From Chrysomallon squamiferum (Eukaryota; Animalia; Mollusca): a stretch of 64,000 nt of DNA. Shown here piece by piece: positions 1-12,383 of the stretch. Location: contig CM022677.1 of the NCBI GenBank assembly GCA_012295275.1, forward strand, positions 17,298,001 through 17,362,000, given 5' to 3'. Below the pieces are notes generated by a model. It saw only the letters and a program-made list of their open reading frames with translations, did no database searches and was not told the origin of the DNA. Position numbers and translations under genes: made by a program. Each line of letters opens with the position of its first letter. The first letter of the stretch is position 1.

Positions 1-660
1 ATAAGATAAAATAAAATAAAATAAAATAAGATAAGATAAAATAAGATAAAATAAGAAAATAAAATAAAATAAGATAAAATAAGTAAATAAATAAGTAAAT
101 AAATAAATAAATAAACTAAACAGATAAAAACATATATATATATATATATATATATATTCACACACATCACGTAAATGAATAAAAATATAAAGATAAAATA
201 AATAAATAAATAAACTAAACAGATAAAAACATATATATATTCACACACATCACATAAATGAATAAAAATATAAAAATAAAATAAATTAAATAAATTTAAA
301 AAAAAAAAAAAACACTAATAAATTTTAAATGTTAATTGGCACTTTCAAACAAACATTTGCTGAACAAGCATAACTATTGCTTTATATAAATGTGTGTGCC
401 TATGTGTGTGTCTGTCTGTGTGTGTGTATAAGTATTAATTTGAATGTTAAACACACACACACACACAGAGACACACACCCACACACACAATAGACACAGA
501 CACATATACACATATATATATAATTCTGTCTTCATTTTGCTTTCAAATCTTTTTACATATATGCTTACAGACACACACACACACATACACACACACACAA
601 ATATAAAATATAAAGTTATTATTACATATATAATGACATAAAACAGGAAAAGGGTCTTAC

Positions 661-849
661 ATTCGTAGTGGTGTTTGTATCAAACTGGAAGCCAGTGTTA
701 CTGAGATCAATTTTAAAGTAGCCATAGGAACGAGAACATTTTTCACTTTGACCTCGGCGCGCATAGCAATCCTTCGCTACACCAAACTGAACAGTTTCTC
801 CAAACTGATTCCTGTGAAATGTCGTGTCATTAATAACCAGGGCCATTTC
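661..849 (-). CDS. Gene D exon, GON part 2 (EMALVINDTTFHRNQFGETVQFGVAKDCYARR...GYFKIDLSNTGFQF)
   Basis: tttcag acceptor, GTAAGA donor, 189 nt, phase 0-0; matches the GON motif PFxxAxDCY...FxIxLxxTG. Confidence 0.88.
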
Positions 850-2232
850 CTGAAAATAAATAAACACTTTCATGTAAAACTTGTACCTGAATACAGTTTG
901 AGAACCAAGACTTCCTTTACTAAAGACAAATTATGGTAAATATGTTCATATAAAAGTTGTATCTGAATTGAGTTTGAAAACCAAGACTTCCTTTTACTGA
1001 AGACAAATTATGGATAAATACATTCATGTAAAAGTTGTACCTGAATACACTTTGAGAACCAAGACTTCCTTTTACTGAAGACAAATTATGGATAAATATA
1101 TTTATATAAAAATTATACCTTAATAGAGTTTGAGAACCAAGACTTCCTTTTACTGAAGACAAATTATGGATAAATATAGTTATATAAAAGTTGTACCTGA
1201 ATAGAGTTTGTAAAACCAAGACTTCCTTTACTGAAGACAAATTATGAATAAATATATTTATATAAGAGTTGTACCTTAAAACATAATTTGAAAACCTACT
1301 AATAACAAATTATAGATAAATAATATAAAATACTGGATAAACATACAGGTACCGGACCAATTATCTAGCCTCCTGAAAGCCAGAAAGACCAGAAAACTGG
1401 AAGTTTTTTTTCTGAAGCTATTTTCATAGTTCGCATGCACTGGTGTTGTCCTAACCAGACTGGAACAACTCTTTCAAGCCGTGTGGCATTCATTCACTCA
1501 CCGCATTGTTTATGTGTTGAATTGCCACACGTGTGTCATCAATTTTCTTTATGTTTTTAATGTTAAAATGTTTATGGCTAATTATTTACCTATTTAGATG
1601 CCTTGGTACCAGAAAACCAGAAAATCAAGAAATCTGGTTTGCCTCAGGCCCCAAGGAGTCTGGATAATTGGTCCGGTACCTTGATTTATACATAAATTGC
1701 AAAATTTGAAAACCAACACATTCTCTACTAAAGACATTCTGTACCAAAGCTATTCTGGACCAAGATATCTCAAACCCAAAACATCCTGTAACCAAAACCC
1801 AAGACATCCTTACTCAAGATATCCTTACCCAAAATATCTTTACTCAAGATATCCTTACCCAAAATATCCTTACTCAAGATATCCTTACCCAAGACATCCT
1901 TACTCAAGATACCCTGCATGCTCAGGTGAACTGTACACCCACAGAAACCTGCATCCAAGACATCGAATTCTCCCTGTGTGTTGTTTTAGAGATTGCATGT
2001 GCATCTGTATTTGTATTTACATGTGTGCATGTGTGTGTGTTTCTATATGAGTGAGTATGCATTTGCATGTATGTTTGAATGTGTATTTGTTTACCTGCAT
2101 TAGCATGTGTATGTCCATTAGTATGTGTGTGCGTGTGTGTGCATTTGTGTGTGTGTGTGTGTGTGTGTGTGTTTGTGGCTGAGGGTGTATGCAGATGTTT
2201 TCTTCGTGCATCTGTGTGCATAAGACATGGGG

Positions 2233-2266
<34 letters not shown>

Positions 2267-5200
2267 TTTTTTATTTTTTTTTTTTTTCTGACAGTATTTA
2301 CAAGTATATTACCCACTTAGTTAAAAATATACCGGTTCACATTCTTGTACATACCTTCAGATCAACTTTGATTTTCGAATAGGTGGTGTAGCTTCTCTTG
2401 TACGGAGTTACCCCTCCTCTACTTTCTCCAGGACACAGCCGGTCTGGCACCTCTCCGTAAGTCTTCTCTTTGAACTCAATATATTGCTCTGGATTGCTCG
2501 ACTTCATGTTGTGACAGTAAACCTTCACTTTGGCCATGAACAGCTCTGCTGGAGTAATTGTGTAAACCTTGTCTTCCGAGAAACCGATTTCTTTCAGGAA
2601 TTTGCAACTGCCTCTGTTGGTAGCCTCTTAGAAAATTGAAATAAATTTTGGGGTGATGTGTTTTTAATATTGTCTCACAGAAGATTTGAATGTATGATAA
2701 TGTTTTTAAAAATAAATCTTTCTAGGTGATAGGTGTATGAGTTATTTAATTTTCAATTTAATTCTAGTCGCAGTGCAAGAAAAAAAAAAGAGTTAAAATT
2801 GATCATCATTTTGAAATAATTTGTTTTATCCAGAGTCTATTACTTATTTCATTAATTAATTAATATCTAAAATATTCTGATTAAAACTGAAAAAAGATTA
2901 ACTTGCACATAATCTTTGAAATAAACTTTTTTTTTTTTTTTAGTTGGCTAATAAACAATTTGACTCAATTATAAATTATACAAGATAATGTCTGGAGGAT
3001 ACTCTGGAAATACTGTTTAAATTTAATTTAAATTAATTTAATTTACACTTTTAATGAGTGCTTTAATGAATTACAACCAAACTAACAAACAAATAAACAA
3101 TAAATAAACAAGTATATAAAAATATAAATAAACAAACAAACAAACAAACAAAATAAATAAAAAAACAAGAAGAAATTATAGTAAGTTGGAGGTGTTCATT
3201 ATAACATATGATAGTTAAAATCTGTAATCACTTATAGTGACATAACATATTAGAAAGTTTCTATCATTTAGATACAAAGCATTTACCAATTAAGTGTCAG
3301 AATAAATGAAGCAAGACAATTTTAATAAAATAATAATAATAATAAAATGAGTAGTTATGATTATCATATTTAAAACCTCACCCATTACACATTATGAATA
3401 TAAGAATTTTTAATTAATTAAAATAAATAAATATGTAAACATATGAATAATTAACTGAATAAATTAACTAATTAATTGATGAAAATAAATAAATAAATGT
3501 CTAAATTAATTTATTAAAAATAAATAAACATAAATAATAAATAAAACTAATTAATTAATTAAAATAAATATCCAAATAATCAATTAAAAATAAATAAATA
3601 AATATCTCAATAATTAATGAAAATAAAAAAAAATAAACTAATTAATTAATTAAAATAAATAAATAAACAATACAAATAACTAACCAAAAATAAACACACC
3701 AATTAATCAATCACAAAAAAAAAAATAATAACTTAAACAAACTAACTAAACAATCACAATAAAAATTTAAAAAAATAACATAAATAAACAAACTAACTAA
3801 CTAATTAAAATAAAAAACATAACACAAATATATTTTTTAACTAAAACGTAACCACCTAACCTGCACTACATCTCTTAACATCACAAATCATCCACCTGAT
3901 TGTTTTAATAGTCGTGAAGCACCAAGGTTCTCCGTTGTTCGACGGATCTCTGCAAGTGTTGCCAGCGTCTATCGTTTCCGGGTGGTTTGAGTAGGGGTGT
4001 TTGTGAGGGGACTGGGAGGACCAGTGCTGGCACTCTAACCCCGAGGCTGTTGTTCGCTTAAAGCCACGGTAGACCGCGCCCATCCCCCACTGCGAGTAGC
4101 AGTCATGGTCTGATGAATACAAAGATATTATGAATAGAAATTAAATTATATAGATTGAAATATAATTTGAAATTGAACTAAATTTGACAATTTTTTCTTA
4201 CAAATAGTTTAAATATATAGAGTGAAATGTAATTTGAAAGTGATCTAAATTTAACTATTTTCCTTATCTTACAAACAGTTTGGCAATTAAATATATAAAC
4301 TGAAACAGCACAAGAATAATTTGAAAGCTAACTATATTTCATTTTTTTTTTTGATATATTAAGAACAGTTTGGCAATTAAATATACAGACTGAAATATAA
4401 TTTGAAATCAAATATAATTAGACTTTTTTTTCTTATATTATGAATAGTTTGGCAATTAAATATATAGACTGAAATATTATTTGAAATCAAACAGAATTTG
4501 TTTTGTTTTTCCTAATATTACAAAAAGTTTGGCAATTAAATATATAGGCTGAAATATAATTTGAAATCAAACTAAATTAGACTATTTTTTTCTTACAAAT
4601 AGTTTGGCATTTAAATATTATATGAAATATAATTTGAAATCAAACAGAATTAGACTATTGTTTCTTATATTAAGAATGGTTTGGCAAGTAAATATTTAGA
4701 CTGAAATATTATTTGAAATCAAACATATTTTGACTATTTTTTTCTAATATTACAAATAATTTGGCAAATTAAATATACAGAATGAAATATAATTTGAAAT
4801 CAAACAGAATTTGACTTTTTTTTTCTTATATTACGAATAGTTTGGCAATTATAGACTGAAATATAATTTGAAAATTTTTCCTTATAATACCTTGGCAAAT
4901 TAAATATACAGACTGAAATATTATTTGAAATCAAACATAATTTGACTATTTTTTCTTATATTATAAATAGTTCGGCAAATGGAATATATAGACTGAAATA
5001 TAATTTGAAATCAAACAGAATTTGATTACTTTTTTGCTTATATTATAAATAGTTTGGCAAAACAAATATATAGACTGAAATATAATTTGAAATCAAACAG
5101 AATTTGATTACTTTTTTGCTTATATTATAAATAGTTTGGCAAAACAAATATATAGACTGAAATATAATTTGAAATCAAACAGAATTTGACTACTATTTTT

Positions 5201-5400
5201 GCTTATATTATAAACAGCTTGGCAAATCAAACATACAGACTGAGAAATTATTTGAAAGCAATCTCAATTTATTAGAAAATATCATTAAGACAAAATTAAT
5301 TATTAAAACATATTTATTAAGATTTACTTTGGCAATTAAAATATATTTCATGGAATTTACTAATAACAGAGAAAACAAATATTATTAAAACCAAATTTAA

Positions 5401-5438
<38 letters not shown>

Positions 5439-5627
5439 AGATATATTTGTTTATTTACATATTTATTTTAAAATTTAATATGAAAATACAAAGAAAAAGG
5501 AAATACAATAAAACAAAAGATTATAAATAAAATGAATAATATACATACTGTCATTAATAATAACACTGTCACTGTATATCAATACTGAATGAGTTGCCAA
5601 CAGCACTATACTAAATATTTTCTTCAT
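661..5627 (-). CDS. Gene D (5' part; continues beyond window start): signal peptide-kringle-GON
   Basis: Four exons closely paralogous to gene C (79, 249, 272 and 189 nt). Confidence 0.85.
870..1320. repeat. Tandem repeat, ~77-bp unit, ~6 copies
   Basis: accaagacttccttttactgaagacaaattatggataaata recurs at ~901, 978, 1055, 1133, 1212. Confidence 0.9.
1346..1683. mobile_element. MITE (non-autonomous DNA transposon, Tc1/mariner-like ends)
   Basis: TIRs ggtaccggaccaattatctagcctcc ... ggagtctggataattggtccggtacc (24/26 match); left end TA|CAG; no coding capacity. Confidence 0.8.
1730..1965. repeat. 15-bp minisatellite (caagatatccttacc/t)
   Basis: Near-perfect units at 1798-1915, degenerate flanks. 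Confidence 0.88.
2355..2626 (-). CDS. Gene D exon, GON part 1 (EATNRGSCKFLKEIG...KVYCHNMKSSNPEQYIEF...YSKIKVDLK)
   Basis: AG/GTATGT boundaries, 272 nt, phase 1-0; GON motifs SC, KxxCxxM, PxEY, KIxxD. Confidence 0.88.
3861..4109 (-). CDS. Gene D kringle exon
   Basis: CY...YRG...T.SG..CQ.W....PH.H...N.CRDP....PWCFT.....W..C....C; 249 nt, phase 1-1. Confidence 0.93.
4130..5250. repeat. Tandem repeat, ~80-bp unit, ~14 copies
   Basis: gtttggcaattaaatatatagactgaaatataatttgaaatcaaac recurring. Confidence 0.92.
5549..5627 (-). CDS. Gene D first coding exon, signal peptide MKKIFSIVLLATHSVLIYSDSVIIND
   Basis: ATG, hydrophobic core, A|GTATGT donor; same length as the paralogous exon 25609-25687. Confidence 0.85.
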
Positions 5628-7065
5628 CTAGTATTACTGTAATAAATATTAGAATATTTCTTGCAATTACACCTCAAGTTTTAATGTTAATCATTATCTA
5701 GTTTAACAATTTAGAATTTTACATAATATAACTGTTTTTGAGGGGGGGGATTAAGTTAGTGATGAGCGCATTTGTTATTAATAACATGAATAATAATAAT
5801 AATAAAATTAGTAAATAATATCAACCCTTCAATCCTATTTATCTGTATTGAAATAAACTCGAGAGAAAGAAAACAACAAAAAAAACAACGAACTATTTGT
5901 TCATTTGTTTCCTTGACCTTTGCAGAAGTAAATTTATGAATGTTATTTTTTTGTTGGTGCGGTTTTTTTTGTTGTTGTTTTTTTGCTGTATTTCGTCTGT
6001 TTGAATAAATTACAAATAACTGTAATTTTTATATATAGGTATGAATATTTCACGTATTATTTATTAATTGTTTGGATCAAAAAAATACATGAAAAGGAAT
6101 TGTACAAATGAAACATTGTTGTCTGATTTAGTGCTTCACTTCCGGTAATTTTAGTAAAATATTAAATCTAGAATTCTTATAATATTTACGTAATTATTTT
6201 GCAGTGAAAAATATTGATACGTACAGACTTTAAGTCGATTTTGTATGAAATATTTATAAATAAATTAAGTGCCGCTTAATTTTTTTTTTTTTTTTTTTTT
6301 TTTTCTGTCATCTAACATCACACAACTGAAAACGAGGATATTTGCGAGGAATCGTACTAATTGTAGGTGCGCCTACGTCACAGTTCATTCGCTCTTTGCT
6401 AAATTTGTAACTTCGTCAACTCTGGGACAAACAACTCAATTCCGTGGCATACTATTCGCGCTTTTTAAACTTACTGAAATGATATTCCTGGTGCTCAAAG
6501 ACACAGACGATTATGTTTGCAAAATTCACGCGATCAATTGCGATTTAAACGATTTCAGGATTATAAACATAGCTATACAAAACAAGAGTACAATATAGTC
6601 TGTGAATCAAAGAAATTTGGCTCGAACTTACTTTATTATTTTATTTTATTATTATTATTTTTTTTTTTTCTTGTTTTATTATTATTATTATTATTTTTAT
6701 TTAATATCAGTACTTATTTTTGTTTGAAATATTGTTTATCTCCATCAGAAAAATACCAACAATGTTTAGATGTTAGGTAACTTTTGTTTGCAGTCAAATC
6801 ACAGCAAGTTCAAAACAATCGTTTACAGGTATTTTATTGCCACTAGTTAGTAACTGCAACACCTTTCTGGAGTGAAAATGAAATGCTTGCGGTCCTTTTT
6901 AAAAAAAAAAAATACACACGCACGCATACATACGCATAAACACAAATCAGTGTCTTTTAAATGTTTTATTTTACTGCAAAAAAAGATACGTGTAAAACAA
7001 AAAAATTATGGTCTGCTATTCAAAGTTGCTAAACAATAGAAATTTTCAAAAACATTTATTTTATT

Positions 7066-7139
<74 letters not shown>

Positions 7140-7618
7140 TTCTTTACTTTATAATAATCATTATCTTTTCATCTGGGCTTATATGTATGAATTATAGTAT
7201 GCCTTAAATGATTTTTCTTACAATGCTGTGACTTTGTTTAAAATGTATTTGCACATTAAAAATCAACCATAATGGATGAACCAGCCTTACACAAAAATTC
7301 ATTTATATAAGTATGAACAAGATGTCACAGAAACAGTTTTGAATCAATTTATTCATAGTTTGTTTATTTATGCAAGTAAACAGAACTAAGACATGAAATC
7401 AACATTAAAATTTACTGTGCATGATGTATGATTACATAAAAAAACAATGATAATAAAATTAAAAAAGATGATAATATTTTTAAAACAACAACAGTAAAAA
7501 GAACAACTATACAATGACAATTACACAACAGCAAAGAAAAAAGTTTCAAATGAAAATTACATCATACTAAATGTATGACATTTTAAAATATATATATATA
7601 TATAAATGTATATGACAT

Positions 7619-7658
<40 letters not shown>

Positions 7659-7829
7659 CATATACACACGTAATAATAATAATAATAATAATACTTTGCA
7701 AGCAATATATCGCATTCTCCTAATTTTGTATTCAAATTAATTTACTTCCATTTTTCCAAATATAATTTCAGACAACCCCTTAAAGAATTTCACTTTAAAA
7801 CAACATTTCTAACCACTTATCTATCATTT

Positions 7830-8310
7830 CCAACTGAATTATACTGAAATGTTTATCATAAAAACCAAATTACTGAAAGCATTGGTCACCATAATCGTAA
7901 TTTTTTGCTTAGTGTTATAAATCTACATTATATCTACACTGAATTATACTTAAATATTTATCATAAAAACCATGTTACTGAAAGCATTGGTCAATTTAAT
8001 CATAATTTGTTATTTAGAGTGTTATAAATCTACATTATATCTACTCCGAATTATACTAAAATGTTTATCATAAAAAGCATGTTACTGAAAGCATTGGTCA
8101 CCTTAATCATAATTTGTTATTTAGACAAATCTAGATTATATCTACACTGAAATATACTTAAATGTTTATCATAAAAAACATGTTACTGAAAGCATTGGTC
8201 ACCTTATTTGTTAGTTAGTGTTATAAATCTACATTATATCTACACTAAATTATACAGAAATGCTTAAAAAAAACTACATTAATTAAGGTGTTGCACACAT
8301 TAATCATAAT
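7830..8310. repeat. Tandem repeat, ~105-bp unit, 4-5 copies
   Basis: tttatcataaaaa...ttactgaaagcattggtca recurring. Confidence 0.88.
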
Positions 8311-8419
8311 TTCTTAATTTAAATAATAAGAACAAAAGTTTTGGTTCACAAATTTCTCCATGTTTGCTAGTCAGTGATTTCAAATGACAAGAACTAACAG
8401 CAAAAATAATGAGCCAGTC

Positions 8420-8498
8420 TCAAACAGATGTGGGTAAGTTTTTGGATTTCTCATCCTTATCTAACTGCATTTGTTTATTTCCTTCACTCGAAAAATGT
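8420..8498 (-). CDS. Gene C last exon, cytoplasmic tail RHFSSEGNKQMQLDKDEKSKNLPTSV*
   Basis: ttttcag acceptor, phase 2 matches the TM exon donor; ends in TGA. Confidence 0.7.
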
Positions 8499-8528
8499 CT
8501 GAAAATAACAAAAAAAGTATTCTTAATG

Positions 8529-8559
<31 letters not shown>

Positions 8560-10351
8560 TGATGATGATGATAATAATGATGATAATGATAACAACAATA
8601 ATGATAATAATGACAATGATAATAATCGTAATAACGATGATGGCTGTAATAATAATGATGAGAATGATAATAAAAATGATGAAAATAATGATGATTATAT
8701 AATAATAATTTTAATGATAATTGTAATTATTGTAATAATAAACAATTTTTGAAAAAACAGCCTACAAGTATTTATTAACTTAGTGAGATAATGGAAGATA
8801 TCATAAGCAACACTAAATTATAAATAAATTATATGGACTGATTGTTTCTGCAGTGAAATGTTTAAAATGATAGCAAAAGATTTCAGATTGTACTAATAAT
8901 GAAGAAAAAGACATAATGAAGATATACTGCAAAAATATATTTTAATTAATAATTTATTATCGGTAACGTGATTAATATTAATACTGATTTAAAAAAAATT
9001 ATGTTGCACATTTTACTACATTAATATTCAGTGATTTAAAAAAAAAAAGTTTTACAACACTGTTTTTGTCAAATAATTATATGAAAATATGTATTGTGAA
9101 TTACACATATATAGTATTATTAGATTTATAGCACAACAGTTAAATTGAAAAAAAGATTTTTTTAACTTTAATATTCACTGGTTTAATATTATAAAGTTTC
9201 CTAAGAACAAGAGTTTTATGTATGACAAATAATTAAATTTATAACTATTAATATTATTAGATTTACAACACACTAGTTAAATTGAAAAACAGATTTTTGT
9301 TACATTTAATATTCACTGGTTTAGTATTACAAAGTTTCATAAGAACAATATTTTTATCTATGAAAAATAACCAAATTTATGCTTATTAATATTTAACCTA
9401 TTTCTGACATTTTTGATTTGGAAATAATTATTTCTGCTTCATTTAAAAAACAGTAGAAAATAAACAAATAAATAAAAAATAATACAAATAATAATAATAA
9501 TTTAGTATCTTTAGAAATAAATAAAAATATGCCTGCTGTTACTTATTGTGATAAACAGAAATGAAAATAATTAGTTCTATTTTAAATTAATTCTAACACA
9601 GTTCTTGAAGACAGAAATAATAATTTACATTCTGTAAATATCTTAAGCTTTGTCACCTTTTGAATGCATAAAGTAATCCAGCAAGTGAAAGTAAGACAAA
9701 AACACCTGTAACAGTCACTACAGTTGTAGCTGAATCATTGCTGTGTATATCAACTTCAACTCCAGCAGCTGTAAAATATAAGAAGGTAAAATTATAACAT
9801 AAAACAAGCAGAATAATAATAGTTGATAATAATTATTATAGTAATAATAATAGTGATAATAATAATAATAGAAATAGTCACACAATAGTAACTGATAATA
9901 ACAACATCAATGTCAATAATAATTATAATAATAATAAAAATAACAATAATGATAATAATAATAGTAACTAATAATGTAGTAGAAGGAGAGAATAGAATTT
10001 TCAAAATTTTTGGCAGTGTTTCTACTCTAGCTCAAATGAATTCTTTTACCAAATTTCTAAAAATACTTTGCAGATGTATGAAAAGAAATAAGAATGTGCA
10101 CTTGCAACACACAGTATGACATATTATAGTGTTATTAATGTAACAACATTGACATTATTAACAATACTTAAATAAAATAACAATAATAACACTGATTTCA
10201 ATAACAATAATACTGAAAATAATTATAATAATAACAACACTGGAACATGATAAACAATTTGAGCATTAATAATATAAATAACAAAAAACACAAGCACATG
10301 ATAACAGCACATTACAACTGAATATGTTTCAAAAATTTTAATTTAGTGTAT

Positions 10352-10440
<89 letters not shown>

Positions 10441-11485
10441 ACAGAGGTCTTGCTAAATACTGTAAGAGATGGTGGGCCCACAATCCCTTTCAGATTATAA
10501 CAAATTCTCTCACCATTCATCAGCAACGACAGCAATATCCTCCACACGTTTATTTAGACTGGCTGTCATTTTGTATAACAAATTAAACATACACTTTAAT
10601 TTTATTTAATTGCTTGTGAAATGAACTTGTTAATAGTTTATGCATTTGATGCAATTATTTATAGGAGTATTTTTAACAAACAAGTAATCTGAACATTTTT
10701 TCAAAGTACTTGTACCCTTCGTTTAACTTGCACCAGTTAAACCAATTCCCTCCATCCCTTTCACAAATGCTGGGGAGACCACTAACCATACTGTGTGTGT
10801 GTGTGTGTGTATGTACATGCTTGCTGTTTTGTTCTCACACACACACACACACACACACACACAATGAATATAATTCTGTATCTACCTTCAACACAGTTGC
10901 CTCCAGTGCACAGTTCTGTAACACTGTAAGTGAAAGACCCTTCACACTGTCCCTGACCTTTGATGCATTTTCTACTGTAGAAAACTGTCCGTTCACAGGT
11001 CTGTCTGCACTGTTCTTCATAGTCCATCACCCAAGTTGACCACGTACCTTCAAATGAGAAAATAGTAATATATATGTATGTATATATATATATATATAAA
11101 AGTATTTTTAAATTAAAAAAATAAACTAAAAAAATATATAGAAAGAAACAAAGAAAGAAAGAAAATATAAGAAAATATGTAACAAGTAATAAAATGTAAA
11201 TAATATTTAACATAATAATATAATTTAATATTATATTATTACTTGGTTATATTTTTAGTTTATTTTACAATAATATAATACAGAACAATATGGTTAAATA
11301 CAATGCAATATGATATAATTTAATATAAAAAGGCATAATATAACATAACAATTATGATAATAACATAACGTGAAGAGATTTGTTTCAAAATAAGAAATAT
11401 GTTAAATACTGTTTCACTTAAAAGAGATTAATGATATTACTTACAGAGAAAATGCTAATAATAACAGCAAAATCATATCAGTAAC

Positions 11486-11524
<39 letters not shown>

Positions 11525-12321
11525 TAATAAATAAATAAATATAGTAATAATAATAAAAATAATAATAGTAATGGTGATGATGTTGATAATAAAAATAACA
11601 ATATAATAATAATAATAATAATAATAATGTGTGTACATTAAAAAAATTTAAGGTTACTTAAATTTCCGTATTAATAAATGTTATTATATTAGTGGTTATT
11701 ATTATTATTATTATTACATCATTATTATTATTACCTTCATCATTATCATCATTATAATAACCATTATTATTATTATTTTAGTGTAGAGCACAGTTAATTA
11801 TTACTGACAAATTATATAGTAAATAACTATACCATCAAAAACTTCAATAAAGCCAGAACCAACGACACCACTTCCTGAAAAATGAAACATTTTTATATTA
11901 AATAATAATAATTACAAATTTTATATCCTTCAATAACAATATATTAATAATGCTGCTCATGAAAATGTGAAACAAACAATAATTGTTATTTTTAGTCTTT
12001 TTTTATTTTTATTTATTATTATTGTTTTTTTCTTTTGTTTCTGTTTTTTTATAGCTGATTTTGATTTTAATTTTAATAACTACAAGAATAAGAATAAAAA
12101 TAATAAAATAAAAAGATAGATTAATATAAATATGTAAAATTATAAAACAATATGAACTATTATTTTGACTAAACAACATCAGTTTTTATAAAAAAAATAA
12201 ATATATATTTTTTATACCACTTTCACCACTTCCAGATCCTGAAAAAAGAAAAAAAAAATTATTTTCAATGAATATTATGTTTTATTTTTTATAGATAGAT
12301 AGATAGATGGATGAATGGCTG

Positions 12322-12383
<62 letters not shown>

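Noticed and set aside
1697-2050. ORF with YPYPK/YSRYP repeats
   Set aside because: Product of a 15-bp intronic minisatellite that is open on both strands.
4130-5250. Regularly spaced repeats resembling a CRISPR array (also 870-1320, 19880-20470)
   Set aside because: Whole units repeat without unique spacers; eukaryotic intronic minisatellites, no cas genes.
10440-10790. Complex sequence between the gene C TSP1-like and TM exons (one frame reads GLPSICERDGGNWFNWCKL)
   Set aside because: No phase-compatible acceptor/donor pair keeps the frame open, and exon 10886 joins the TM exon directly as in the paralogs.
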